From Candidatus Omnitrophota bacterium (GTDB lineage Bacteria; Omnitrophota; Gorgyraeia; Duberdicusellales; 4484-171), in the NCBI GenBank assembly GCA_041652815.1, contig JBAZGN010000002.1, positions 77,570-141,569 of the forward strand: DNA of 64,000 nucleotides, read 5' to 3'. Positions 30,001-45,000 of this stretch are shown here, in pieces. A model generated the notes under the pieces. It made no database searches. It was not told where the DNA came from and worked only from the letters and a program-made list of their open reading frames with translations. The translations under genes were made by a program, and so were the position numbers. Positions within the stretch are counted from its first letter, which is position 1. Each line of letters opens with the position of its first letter.

Positions 30001-33000
30001 GTTTAACCCAAAAGGGAGAATTGTTTGAGGAAGGTTCTGAATGTAAAGCCGAAATTTCTCAAGACGATAAAATAAAAGCCAAAGCTATGCTACTGGGGAT
30101 GAATTTAACTCTTTTTAACCGTTATCTTTTTATTAATCGGCCGCAGTTTAGCAACGAACTGATGCTTTTAGCCGGAGTTCCGGTTGGCGCTACACTTTCT
30201 GCCGGCAGAGGACAAGAACTGCGAGAGCCATTGTTTTTCCCCGGCGACAAAAAGACGTATGTAAATGGCGAAGAAGGTTTAAAACACCTTTATTTTGAAC
30301 GCCGAATTGATTTTACCGAGTTTTTAGGCGTTGAAGGTGTTGAAGGGCTTATCGCTTTTGCCGGTAATAACAAGAAGTGTGCACGGTTAGTATACGAAAT
30401 GACAAAAGCAATGGCAATATTCCCTAATTTAATAGCTTTGCTTTCTATAGAAGATGAATTAGCTATAGCCGATAAAGAAGGGATTAATTTGGATGAAATT
30501 ATGGAGCGTGGTGAACGAGAAGGTTATGGAAAATATTATAAATGGCAAGAAAGAGGACAAATCGGATTTAGCGTTACTCCGCATATCATTTCTGCAGCTT
30601 TGGCTGACCAGAAAGGTTTAGTTGAAGAAAGTGAAGGCTCACGCTGGGGAGTTTATCCGATGAAGCGGCCTCAGGATGTAGACAACCAGATTATTATGGC
30701 TAAAGAACATTGCCGCAAAGTGTATGGGCAACAGACTATGCGTTGGATATGGAATGCTGAAGGCAATATGGACAGGGTATTTGCTGAGTTACTTGCTAAG
30801 CATGGTGTACAGTTAGCTTATGCCGGCAGTGAATATTTTGAGGAAAAAGTAAAACCAGCTAATGGCATGCAGGTTTTTAACCGGATGCAGCCGGTTATTT
30901 TTCAAAGAGGTGTTTACCGAAATAAAGTGTTGCGTTTATTCGGAAACTTTGATAATTCCTGGAAAAAGTTTTTTGAAAACCCCGATAATCCCGATACGCA
31001 AGGCCGTATTCAATTTAAAAGAGGTGCTGAGCAGTTACAGCTTTTCCAAAAATTTATTTTGCAGCCTCACGGCATGCTCGATAATCACCGTCGGCATAGC
31101 CTTTTCAGGCTTTGGCAGCAGGATGCTATGGGCTTGATTTTATGCCCCTATTCCCAGGATGATAAGTATGTAGATTTTAAAGCAGCCGGAAATACCAGGG
31201 CTCAAGCCGCGGTAATGGCAACTCATATTTACGGATGTTGCGATATGCCTATTTCTTATGACAGTGCTAGCTTTGGCTGCTCGCAAACTCTAAAAATTAT
31301 AACTGAATTCACCGATATGGAAAATTGTGTTCAAAAACTTGACGAAACATCAATGGTTTGGCTAAGAATGATAGCCGCAGTGATTAATGCTGACGTAGCA
31401 GAAGTTATGACCAGCGGCGAGGTCATTAATTTAGTTCATAGCTTACAGCGCCAAGGCGAGCCTAACTTAGCACGGATAACGCAACTACCTTTAGGCACTT
31501 GGCATCCGCGCGGAAGCACCCGTGATTGGATTGGAGGTTGTGATGAGCATTGGTGGCTTTATGATTATTTAGATATGACAATAAGAGCATTAGAACAGGC
31601 AGGTTTGCCCAATTGGCGTGCGCAAGGCGCAACCGAAGATACAAACCATATCTGGGAAAAAGGAATTTTCTTAGGTGCAGAGGTAAGTTGTTTTGCCTGG
31701 CACCTTGTGCGGGGAGATGGAAAACAACAGGATCCGATAGCTTTTACGGAGCTTTTCTTCAGACACTTAGCCTGGACAATAGAACAAGCATGGGAGATGG
31801 GATATGCGGTTGTCCCGCCTTTGGTTAATGGAGGAAAGCCTGGATTCAGGATGGTTGTAGAAGGGAAAGAAATTATAGTCTTACTAAAAGTTAAAGGGCA
31901 AATCGCCAAAAAAGCTGCATTAAAAGCGCACGAAGAAGAGATAGAGTTTCCGCGTTTAGGTCATACACGAGAATCAAGAAGAAAAGTCAGGCAAGCACTT
32001 TTAGCTATTTCTGCTATATATGATGCTTGTGCAGAAATATTGCAGAGACCGGGGCCGCAATTATATAAGAATATGTTTGAGGGGGAGGAATTAAATTCAC
32101 AAGATAGAGAAAGCATCCAAGAGATGCAGGCTTTGGATGCAAATTTAGCCGGATTTTTGCGCCAAGATTGGCAAAACCACGATAGTACAATTGCCAGTCA
32201 CATTGCCCAAAGAGATGATGTGACTTTGGCGGCTTGGATGACTAATGCCCCCAGAAGTTTTATTGAGTTAGCAGCGGCAGCGCATATGATTTCGGGCGCG
32301 CAACCGGAAGCACCAGCTATCCGGAATAAATTTAAGACCTTCTTTGAAGAGGTACGCAACAATGCTGAACGCCAAAAAGCTTTAGGCGTTTTAGCGGGAG
32401 AGCTATTCCGCCTTATAGAAGAAGAGATAGCGCAGGGTGATGGTATAGAAGGATACCGCCGCGCCATGGAAGAAGTAGCCGTATTATTAGGTCCGCGGTT
32501 TGCGCCGGCATTAGAGATAGCGCTTATTAAATGTAATGGCGATGCCTCAAAATTAGCAGAACTATTCAACTCACTAAATATCCAGCAGTTTAGAGAGCTA
32601 TTAGACGCGGCTTTAGGCAATTCGAGCTCTCCGGTAGAATCTTTGAGTTTACGTGAGCTTACCGCCCGAAGTTTGATTGTTATATTAGACTCAGAGGCTA
32701 AAGAAGGCCGTTTCGGTTTCTTACGCAGGTTATTAGGTGAAGCTTATTTGCCGATGGACAGGCTAATGTTGCTTTCGCCGGAAAAAATCATTCCTACGCT
32801 TGCCGATAGTATCCGCGGCGTTGCTAAATTGATAGATAAAAATTCTCCGCAAGGAATTCAATTACCGAAATTATTCAATTATGCAGAACAATTCGGACTG
32901 CAAATTGAAGAAAATAACTGTCCTCATAATGTAGCCGCTACAGAGTTTCCTAAGGCTGAAGGCGCTGTAAAAAACAGCCAGGGTATTCCTTTGCAGATTT

Positions 33001-36000
33001 GCCCGCCGCAGATTACTGAACGCGGGGTATTATTTAGAGTCTATGCGCCGGGAGTAATGTGGATTTCCGTGGTTGGTGATTTCTTTAAGGCAATTAAAAG
33101 AAAAGATGTTTCCTGGGGTTGGGACCCGGCGCAATTTTCTATGCACAGGAATGACGGCGATATTTGGGAAATAACCATTCCTCTTGAACCGTCAGATGAT
33201 GCATATGAATACCGCTATGCCGTTGCAGTTGAAGGCAGAGGCGGCTGGGATGAAATTAGACCGGCTGCGGATGTTAATTTCCGGCTCAAAGTTACTACCC
33301 CTTATGTGCCGGGCACTACCGAACTGCCACCATCTATTAAACCGGGTTCAAGAATCTATGAATTATTTTTGCGGGTATTTGGCAATTTCGGCCCTAAAGA
33401 GCATATGGAAGAAGGAATAGACATAACTTCCCAGCGTTTAGGAAAGGACGATTTTGATATAGCTCAAATAATGCCGGTGCATCCAGTAGGCATAGAGCAG
33501 AGAAAAGGCGAACCCGGCTCTCCTTATGCGGTTAGGAACGATTTTCAAATCCAGAGTATAGAAACTGTACCCGGCGGATATTTTGGCGAAGAAGGGTTGC
33601 TGTATTTAATCCAGAGTTTAAAAAGTCAGGGAATATTGCCAATATTCGATGTAGCGCTTAATCATACTTCGCCCGACCATTTTCTCATTGGCCTTGTTCC
33701 TCAGATGTGGGTAAGAATTGCCAACTGGGCAGTCCAGCCGAATGAAACTTTTTCTGATATAAGGCAGCTTAATCCTTTGAATTTAGCTATGCGCGATTTT
33801 TCACTTGTATATTTAGCCTGGTTAATTACCCGTTTCGGCGCAAGAGGTTTTCGCTGTGACCTGGCTGAATTCTTACCGATAAGTTTTTGGCAGGAATTGT
33901 TTACAGTCTTAGAGAGATTTGAAGTTTGGTTTTATCCCGACCGGGAAGGCGGCAACGGCTTGCTAAAAATTATGGAAGGGGGATATCTCTACGACCAGGA
34001 AAAAGACAGGGATGATTTAAGATACATCGGGGAAGGCAGGTTTAACTGCGCTTATGGAGTGAGGTTTATGAATGTGGTGGATTATTGTATTAAGGAGCGT
34101 TTGACCGCTTTGGATTTAATTGAAGCAGTGAAAGAACAACAGGCTTTCGGCGGAGCTTCTCTTCTGCAGTTAAGCAATCATGATTGGAGCGCCACAACAG
34201 CAACCGCTGTCCGTTTAGGCAAGCATTTACGTTCCTTTGCCTTTTTCCAGGAAACCGTAGGCGGACCTAAGAATTTAACGTTGACTTTCAGCGGCGATGA
34301 ATATGCTTACCCGTACGCTATCGGCCATATCGGGTTGCATCATTTAAATTTGGAAGCCGGCGACGTGGAATATCATAAATGGCTGCTAAATCTTTTAGCT
34401 CACACCAGAGCGCAGGAATTGGCGGATTTTAAAGCAATCCAACCCGTATTCTTAACCGATAAATTTTCTAAAGAAGACAATAAACGCTGTGTAGTTGCTT
34501 ATTCCAAAACTGCTCAAGACAGAACGTTATATTATTTATTTATCGCCAGAGAGAACGAAGAGCGCTGGGTTCCGGTTGGCGAGCTTATCGGAAGAGAGCT
34601 CACTGGCAATGAAGTTTTTTATGATATAACCGGCGGCAAGGCTCTTGAGCGAGGCGCTCAAATTTGCCAAGGCAAAACCCCGGGCGAAAATAAAGAATTT
34701 ATTATCCTTAAGCCCGGCGCGCCGCTTATGCTTGAGGTAAGATCAAAACAAGGACAAGCTACAAGTTCACCCGTGAAAGTTATAGCTAATAATAGAATTG
34801 AGTTTATAGATCGGTTGCGGCAGGATAACAGGAGGAGCCTCTTCCGTGGCTGGTTGGACCCTCTTGCTGCCGCAGCCGCTATATATATAGGTAAGAGAGG
34901 AGGTTTTGTTCTATCTCCTTTTGAGAAATATTTTGTTATCTCCGGTAAAAACCACGCCCCACCTACGCACTACGCGCTTCCTTCTTCGTTGAAACTCCGC
35001 AGGACAGGCTGGCGGACAAGCCCGCCTGCTGTTTCTTCACCTACTCTTGAGACCAAATTAGAAATCGCATTAGCTACAAACGAAGTTGATAGTAATCCAA
35101 GTTTAGTAATTCCATATTTGGGAGATTGGATTAAAGAGAAACGTTGGTTCATAGATAAAGAAACAACTATTTTAAGCCTTGAAGTAGCCGATACCTTTTT
35201 CTTTTTAAACGATAAACGTTTACAGGGTGCAGTTGTGCAATTCGAATTAAGAGACCCGGAAGGAGCAGTTTTTACAAAACGTTATTTTATACCGGTAATT
35301 ATTTCTATACAACCCGTCGAAACTGTTCCTAAAGCTGATCTGATAAGCGTTACACTCAACGATGGCCAACGTTATTTTTGCTTAGCCGAAAACACTATTA
35401 TTTATCAACGTGCCGTGGTTCAGCTATATCAAAGTAGAGGCTCGCTTAGAACAGACAACGGTGCAGTTATCACTTTTGAATCAATAGAGAAAAATGTCGC
35501 CGCTATCGATGTTAATTCCTTAGGAGTTGAACTGTTAGGTTTGCGTGAACCTTCAAGTAATGCTTTAGTACCGGTTACTGCCAACGAGGACAGGCTAATG
35601 AGCAAAACATATAAAGATATGAGAGGCGATGGTTTTCCTCCTAATTTTGAAGCGCCACGATATCAAGCTTTAGCCCAGGCAGGTTATCCTTATATACCGC
35701 ATATATACGGCACAGCGTATTACACATTAAGCGGTTCAGAGAATATTCCTTTGCATGCTCTTATGGAGGGAATTCAAAAAGAAAATCAAGTTGGATACGT
35801 TTTTTATCGTTCGCTAATAGATATCTTTAATCTTTTTGATACTACCCAGCCTTCTGATTGCCATCAAAGGTATCAAGATAAAATTTTCGCTATTGTTTAC
35901 TTTGCTTATGAACTCGGAAAAACAATCGCCCGCATGCATGCGGCATTTCTATCGAGTGATAGGCCAGATTTTCAGGCAGTATGCGCGGGTAGCAATGATT

Positions 36001-39000
36001 TTCAGAAATGGTCTGGGTTAACCAAGCATAATTTTTCAGAAGCGATGGCAACTTTATGCAACAGGGTTCAACGCGGAACACAATTGGAAGTATTAGCAGA
36101 ATTAGTTAGAAGGCTTGAACAAGTATCACCAGTGGTTATGGATACAATTTCCGGATTCAGGAAGCTTGAGGGTACAATAATGAAAGCGCAGGGCCATGGT
36201 GATTTGCATACTGACCAGGGGTTGATTAAAACTTCAGAATTTTCCCCGTTGATAGAGGCATTTATGGATGCGGTAAATAATGGCGATAAAGCTCAAGCTC
36301 AAAACTTAGCTTGTAATCTTGCTTCAATGGTGCGCTGGCTTGATTTTGAAGGCGTACCGGCAAAAGATAAGGTTGGGCCGGATTATGATTCGCGTTTAAA
36401 CCCATTAGCGGATTTAGCCGGCAGTATCGGAGGAGTCAGGTTTATGCTTCATGTGGTGACAATGCATGACCGTCTTGGTTTACGGCGGGAGAATATTCAA
36501 CATCATGAGGCACAGCGAAAAGCTTCGCTGGTGCTTTCCGGGCAGATACCTGCAGAAGAAACAGCGATACCAGGATTAACTAGCCCGATGATTGATATTT
36601 TCCATATTTGGTTGAACGATATCACTGAATATTTTATCGAAGGATATCTTGAAGAAGTCGAAACTTTAGGCACAGAGGGAAGTATTTTAAAGAAGTGGAA
36701 CAGGGCTCAAGCCAAATCCCTGGTTTATTTCTGGAGTTTTGCAAGGACTATTCATGAATTGCGTTACGAAACCTATGCAAGAGATTGGGGTTGGGAGGGT
36801 ATACCGGCAGGTAATTTGTTGCAGATAATGCATTTACGAAATTTTGCTGGTTTATTGGAAAATGGTTCTTCTCCCGTTGAGGTATATTCCCTGCCTAAAG
36901 CCTCAAGGTCATTCTTGGGTATGCGCACTTTTGGATTAGCTGCGCCTATTTCATACTGGCGAAGTGATTTTGATTTGGGAACGGGGGATTTGGATGGATA
37001 TTTAAAACTTGTTAAATTTTATAAAATGGTAGGAGTCTCTATAGGGTCAAACTTGCCTTTAAATATACCGTTAAGTGATAATTGCCCGTATAACAATGCC
37101 AGCGCCTATATGATGGACCCTGTTTATATTGGAATAAATATGCTTTTAGATTATTTAGGGGTTAATGGCGAAAATGCCCAAAAATATCCTCGCATATTAG
37201 AATTGGTTAATTTAATAAGCGAAGACTATGGCCCGATATTAAGAGCCAAGGCTAAAGCCACTAATTCTTTAACCAGGCAGTTGAAATATTGGGTTTTTCA
37301 ACCGCTTTTTGAGGCATTCAGGGATAATGAATTGCAGCAAGAAGCTTCTTTGATTGCCGATTTCATTATTAATTCCGATACGGATTTAGCTGTAGATAGA
37401 GGAAGCGGGCTCGCCAGAAATTTTAAAAATTACTGTTTACGTAACCCATGGCTGGGAGACCATCTTTTGTTTTTCGTTTTGGCAGATAAATTTAAGAGTT
37501 ATGATTTTAGGCGCTGGCCTAAAGAATTTGCCACACGGAATGCCGCAACAATTACCCAGGCTAAAGTAACATACCAGCAGGATATTATGCTGGGGGCTTT
37601 TCTGCAGTGGATTCTGGCTGAACAGATACTTGAAATAAGAAGGGTTTCCGGCGAGGGAGATTCTGTAGTCGACCATATGTTTGATAAACCTTTTAGCTTT
37701 GGGGCTGCTGATGTTTGGTGTAACTTAGAAGCATTCTTAATTGACCCGGTAACTTTAAAACTGCCATATACACAAGGTGTGCCTCCGCACAGGCTTGATA
37801 TCCCCCAGCATTGGCAATTTTATCTTCTTAATATAAGAAATCCAGCTGCAAAACGCCTGTTGCTTGACCGGTTACGTTTTATGCTGCAATTTTGCGACAT
37901 TTTACGTATTGACCACCTTATCGGATATTACCGCCTTTATCATATGAGCGAAGACCCAGGGTGGGAGATGACTTTAGAGAATCTGGGCATTTGGGCAAGA
38001 GTGCAGGAAATTATGAATAGCAATATGGATGCGGCTGGCAAGCGTTATTGGATTTTTGATGCCATTATCGCCGCCATAAAACAGCATTTTCCTCAAGATG
38101 TTGTAGCCCAGGTTTTCGATGCCAACGGATTTATGCATCATGCCCATACGGTATTAGCTGCCCGTAAGTCTTATGACTTTGCCCAGTGGAATGCACAGAC
38201 CGGCTGGTACAAACAACATTCTTCCGAGCACAGGCAAGATTTACTTTACTGCATGCTTAATCCCAGCGAATACGGCAGCGTGGATTATCTTGAGAAAATT
38301 ATCCAGGAAAATAACGATAAAGGAATGTTTTTGCAGCCGACAGATAGTATACGGGTTTGTTTCTTTAGCCCGGGATTGGGAGAAGAAATAGTATCTGAAT
38401 TCATGCAAATTGCTCAAGAGCAGGGAAAAGCGTTGGTTTTTGAGGATTTAGGAGTTGTGCCGGATAAGCTTGCTCATTCTTTATGGCAGTTACGAGCGAA
38501 GCGTTTTCGAGAACTTTATTTTGGTTATAAACATTTCTTAGGCGACACCAATCCTTATTGGTTTGACCAGATAAAATCTCACGATTTCGCCTGCTTTTGT
38601 TCCCCGGACAGAGTAACCGCTAAAGGTTGGTGGGAAGGAACTGGTCCTCTTTCGCTCCAGAAGTTTTATTTTGCGAGAGATGAGCAAAGACAAAAGGCAC
38701 AAAAGAAACCTATAATCAATTGGCTTAACGACCACGGATACCTGCCTTTAGATTTAGCGCCTATAAATGTTGTTGAGGGAGTGCTTACTTCAGTAGCTGA
38801 TTCCGATGCCCAAGAAGTGGTGGAATTGGCTCCAAACATATTTGATTCCGGAGATGAGGGTATAATTAATTTGCCGGGCTATCTTGATATGTGGACCGCC
38901 CGGGCACCGGTAACAGTGGAAGATTTAATTTATGAAGCCGGCAATCAAAATGAGCCTCGTAACGCAATTGCCGCAAAAGCAGTTAGGCGCATAAGACGTC

Positions 39001-42000
39001 TTTCGCAAATGCGTAACAGAGATTTGTTTGCCAAGCAAGTTCAGCATTTTGACCCCTCAAGGCCGCACATCCTTGCTGTTTATGCTGTCACAGGCGACGA
39101 TTCGAAGCAAATACGCTTCCAAGGAGAGAAATTTTTAGTTGATGTAGTTGTGTATGGTGACTACCGAAAAGTTTCTTTATGGCTTTCTGATGCGGCGGCA
39201 GTTGAGATGAGAGAGGTCCAAGTTATGAAGGGATTGCCGCCGAAAGTTAAGATTGTAAGGGCATATGTTCCTGCCAATTTTATAGGGACACGTGTTTATG
39301 AAATTGATTTATTTGGCCCAAGCCACTATACTTCCAGAATTAATGCTGCCGGCAGAGGTTATCTAATTAGTTTGCCTCAAGGCACAGATTGCAATCCTTT
39401 ATCCAGCCGCTATGGCCGGCCGAAAGCCGGCTCGTCTCCTCTAAGCACAAAGGGATGGAAATCGCCGGCATTAGAAGGGTTTGTTTATTCATTATGGCAT
39501 AAGTTATTTTGTGAAAAAATCGATATAAAAGGTTATTATAGGCAAGAGCTTATGTATCTTGCTGAACAAGAAGTAATGATACCCGCGCTTGGAGCTTACC
39601 TTCTTGACAGCAAATATCTTATAGCCCTTGAAGCCCGGGCAGCTCCCCACCGTATACCTAAAGACCAAATTATGTGGTTAGGAGGCCTTGAGGTTGTTGA
39701 GAGATTAGATTTATTATTACAAGGAAAAGGCTTTAGAGATTTGAATAATGAACAACGCGCTATGGTTCGAGTTATAGTGCGCAATACACTCCAGCATGCT
39801 GTCTCGCAGGGTTTATATAGAGATAGCGATGCAAAAGCGTTAGTGCTTTTGTTGTCTGAGGACAAAGAACCATATATTTATATAATTGATTCAGGTCCAG
39901 GCATGCCGGTAGCGGAAGTAATGGAGAAGGGTTACCTGCGTCAAGCTAGCACTGTGTTCGGAAAAGATTTATTAAGTTTTCGTAAACAGTATGGAGATGT
40001 TAAGTGGGTTATCGATTCAAGGGGGAATGAGGAAAATGTTCCCCAGCGTTGGGATGGAGCGCTTGATAGATTAGCAGACGAGCGTAATACTCCACAAGAC
40101 ATGCCGTCTCAAGGCACGCTTTTTGGAATGGAATTAATGCTTCGCAGCTTAGGTTCTTCTCCGGCCAGTAGCTCATCCGGCGCAACAGTTGCTGTCAGTT
40201 CAGCTGTGATTATTGGTAAAGCTAGAAACAGAGAATATAGGCAGAGCCGCGCCCGCAGGGGAGATGTCAGCTATTCTTCAACTGGCTATATGGGGAGAAC
40301 ACTGATAGTCGATGAGAATGAACCGTTTGAATTAGCCCCTTCCGTTATGCGGTGGCATGATCGGGAGAGTATTGAAGGGTTTGAGCGGTCATTGGATAAC
40401 GCTATCGCTCTTGATTGCGTATCCACGCTATACGCGTTGCTTTCTCTCGAAGCCCGGGATGCGGCCAGGTATGATAAAGAGCCTGATACGTTACCCGAAT
40501 GGATACGTTTCCGCCAGCATCTCGAACAAACAATATTTCGTGTACAGGTAAACCAGCTAAAAGAAGCAGTTGCCGCAGGAAGTGTTAAAGCCATAAGAAG
40601 AGTTTTACGCCGCCTTGTTGATTTAGAAGTATGGTCGGAAAGCCTCCTTGAGCAATATTCCCGGACTCTTGGGCCGCATATTAGCGTCACAAAGGAATTT
40701 ATAGTTTTTAAGAAAGCGCTGCAGGAAGCTTCAAGAATTTTATTCCGTAATAACGCCTCCAGCCCAGCGCCAGATAGAACCGATAATATTGTGCCAATCA
40801 TTTTGATGGAGATTAGTAGAAGAGCAGGGGGGGCTGTGGAGAACCCGGATAGGGTATTAAGTGTAAATACCCCGGAATTTCATCAAACTATCACTAAAAA
40901 TTATGGTGTTAAAATTGGCTACCGTGAATTTATCAGAGTTCTTGGGAGAGATGATTTTACTGATTTCAACTTGCGGCCGTACGGCCAGTGTTGTTTAGTT
41001 TTTACAGATAATGGTAAAGATGAATTTGTAATTACAACATGGGATGAATACTCTTCCAGCCCTGTTTTAGATGGTGTGATGAGCTTGTTTCTGAGGAAAG
41101 AAGGTGTTTCATCTCCCCCCAATATCACTAATGAAGCCATCAGTCCATCTTATGGTGATTTGGGTTTATCGTCCAGAGAAATGATGGGTTTTTGCGGTTC
41201 ATCGCCTGCGCCGGACAAGGAAAATTTATTTTCTGCAAACGCATCCAGCCCCTGCGATGAGCGTCGGAGCCTCAAAAATCCTTGGGCATATTGGGATTTT
41301 AGATACTTGAATCCCGAGACTTTATCAAGACTTAAACAAGACCTTGAACTATGGAAGGCATATTGGAGGCGGGAGAGGTTTTTCTTATTAACTAGAGTAC
41401 CTGCCCACTTAGCCGCCGTGCTGCATAGGGAATATTATGGTTTCGTTGACAGGATGGAAAATGAAGGCCGGAGATATACAGATGCAGAATTATTGTTTGA
41501 GATGATTATGGAGCATGGAAGAGATATAGTTGATAACAATGCGCGGCATGTCATACGGGAAGCTGAAGGTAGAGAACCGGACATAGAAGATGTGCTGGAT
41601 GAACACATTAAAAATCCTGTTTTTGAAAGGCTTTTTATCCAAGAGGAACTATTCGCAGCTGATTATTTAGACTTAGAAAGTATTGCGTTTGATTTCCCGC
41701 CGTATCTTGCGCATCAAAAAAAGGAACCTTTGTTAGATTATCAAGAGATAAAAAGACGCCAAGATGCTGTTCATGAGATTAAAGAACAATGGCTCAAAAC
41801 CAAGGCTGGCGTAGAGGCTGTCTCGAAGACCTTCGCAGATTGCCTAGATGGCTTGCACTGTTTTTGTGGACATCATTTAGGGGGGTGGGTAAATCCCGTT
41901 TCGTTAATCAGTAACGAATTATCAAATGCTATGCATTATAAAAAGCCTTTCGATTCTGCCTGTGAAACAGTAGTTGGTATTGTAGGGGGAGCCAGAATCA

Positions 42001-45000
42001 TTTTAAACTATCTTAACAATGTTTCTTCAGACCGGTTGAAGCAGCTTCGCCGGGTGCTTGAATCTTTGACTGATTCATCTCATCCTTATGGGATTTTTGA
42101 ATTGGGGAATAGCCAAAGCTATAGGACATTGGCTAAATTATCTGAAGGAAAGAACGAACAAATAAGTTTTTTACTTAAAGCGCTTTTTGAGCTAAATACC
42201 TATTTTCAAATCGCCAGATACAATCAGGAGAATGGCTGGGATACTTTCCCGACGGTTTTAGACCCCAAAGACGGACAAGTTCTACGCATAACAAGGGGGC
42301 ATTCGCTTAGAACTTGGGAAGAAGCAAAGTGTGATACGAAAAAAATTTCTGTTCCTAATGATGTTAACTTGGGAGACGGTGATTTTCTAAAAGCTATGGT
42401 AGTGCTTGGGCCAAATGGTAATGGAAAATCTACCTATATTCATATGATTGCGCAATTTTTAGTTTTAATGTCTATGGGTTCTGCCGTGCCTGCTGAATCT
42501 ATGGAAGCTACTCCTGTTGCGTTTACCGCTCTTATTCAGTTAACTAGTAATACTAAACAAGGTGCAAGTCTTGGCTTAAATACTTTCGATAAGCTTAGCG
42601 ACATTCAACGTTTTGCCAAAGTATATCCCCGTTCACTTGTATTTCTGGATGACGTTTTCCGTGTCAGCGATTCCGGGGTTGACTATGCAGCGGAAGAATC
42701 TAACATACGCTACCTTATAGAACAAGGAAACCTTGCAGTTGCAGTTAGTCATCATACTGGTAGCCGAGGGTTACGGGAGTTATGCCGGCAGCAAGGTTTT
42801 AATGCTTTCTATGTTACCGAAGGCCATGAGCTTAAAGAAGGGTGGATACCGGCAGAGGTATTAGTTGCATATCCTAGGGAAGCAATTGAAATGGCAGAAA
42901 AGGTAGGATGGCCGGAAGGATTGCTCACTGATTTTAGAAAAAAACTGGTTAATAACTATGGCAAAGAGTGGTTATTTACTCCGGATTACTTAAAAGATAA
43001 AACAGATAATGCCAATGGAGAAGAAAAAACTAGCTCGCCAACGGAAGATAGAAAATATTTATCAGCAGCGGCTCCGGTTGCACAAAAAATAATAAAAGAG
43101 CCGCAATTTTCAGGGAAGGCAAGGATTATCAGGGAAGGATTGGAAGAATTTGGAATACACGGCCAGCCGGAAAAATTCGCTAATGTTGATAGGCTTGAAG
43201 GAGTTTTAGAGGAAAGAAATTTATTAGCTGTTGAGCCATATGAAGCAACTTCTGATGGAAATAGGAGGAATGTCTACGTGGGCGGTATGTTTGAGGACTG
43301 TATCTGGCGTAAGGTATGCTATGCTGTTTATGAAGTGACGCTACCTTCCCCCGATAATCATTTAAAATTTCTGGAAGTGCTTATGAGTTACGACACTCTT
43401 GTCTGCGGTAGCGAAGATAACAACCCGGTATCACTTTGCTTCAAGGCAGATCCCCCAATTAAACTTTATACGGATTATCTTAGTCAATTAAAGTTGAATT
43501 ACCGTGCATACGACGATGAGGGTAGAATAGTAAATGAAACTGTTAATAATGACACGCAGCACTATCAGGTTGTGTTTAGATTCTTTAATGATATCGCATC
43601 TCTCGTTGCATATCTGGAAGCGACAGCTGTTAGTAGCGTGGTATTAACTCATTATGGTAGAAGAGAATCTTTATCCGGTTCTTCGCCGTCGGCTAATGAC
43701 GGAAAGAAAAAACACGTTGGCCCCAATGATCCTTGTCCCTGCGGAAGCGGGAAGAAATTTAAGAAATGCTGTCGTAGCAAACCATTCCTTCCTTTTGGGG
43801 ATAAGCCTTCTATTCCAGCTCCATTTGTATTACCGCCTCAGCCCTTAAGGCAAGTAACAATAGTAACGGCGGAAAAATTATTAAGAGACGCCTGCGGGCA
43901 AGATATGCAAGAAGGTATAGTGCTTCCCCGCCGCCGCGGCAGATACACATTTTATGAGTTATCTAGACAAGAGGAACATGAATTACGTTCTCTTAACAAA
44001 TGGACCCCAGATTCCGATGACGTTGAAGTAGATAAATTACGGCGCATAGACATGGCAGCTTTAAAAGAAGTAGTTAGGGCACCGTTTTTAATATTTGGCA
44101 TACCGCAGATAGGCCTTTTTGTAGTTGATATTATGGCAGGCAGCGGTTTTCTTGAAGAGGTCTTAGGAAAAGAATTTATAAGCAATAATGGGGTTTTATT
44201 ATTAGACCACAGCTTGGTGCTTCTTAAACAAGCTCAAGATAAAGATTTAGCACCACGCATTGCTGTCGTTAACGTAGAAACTGATTTTCCCGAAGTCGCC
44301 CGAGGGGCCGATGTTTATATGACACTGGACGGTTGGGATATTTTAGTGCGTCCTGATATTGCGGCACGTAAGCTTTTTGAAGCAGCTATACCCGGAAGTA
44401 TTTTGATGGCTTTTCAGTCCGTTAAAGTAGCAACAGGGCCTTTAATGCATGAGCTAAAAGCTTTAGGCTATGGTTATTGCGGCAACCTCAATGCTTTTTT
44501 CATTTCGCAGGAAGGCTCTTACCTTATACATAAGGCCGAAGCAGAGTTAAAGAAAGCTTCAGAAAGAGGTTTTAGTTCTTTAGAGTATTCCCATGCCAAA
44601 GAACGCCTAAGAAGCTTATATAATAATTATACCCTTGACGCGAATCACTATTTTATTCTGAAACTTGCCTGGTGCTTGGAGCAAGCAGGATTTGAAATTC
44701 TTCATAAAGGTGAAATTTGCCGAAGCGCAATAGTGCCTAGAGAGGAAAGGCATAATAAACTTCCTGACGATAAGGGTGGTCTTCGTGAGATGTCGCCGGA
44801 TATAAATAGTACAACGTCAGTGCATGGTTTTGGTAGGGCTTTGCCAAGTGCAGGAGTTTCAGAAGGGAATTTTTATGAGGAATTAACGGTTGGTGCTGTT
44901 GTGGCGCGTAAACCCCTGGTTTTAGGGGGTCAAAAAGCAAAAACCGGCACACAAATTACCGCACGGCTGCCTTTATTATGTAGTTATCGAAATCACTTAA

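Noticed and set aside
40286-40801. 171-aa minus-strand ORF and the overlapping 64-aa + ORF (40357-40551, frame 1)
   Set aside because: Both overlap the giant + frame-0 ORF. The + one is out of frame (start mod 3 = 1). Neither shows domain motifs.
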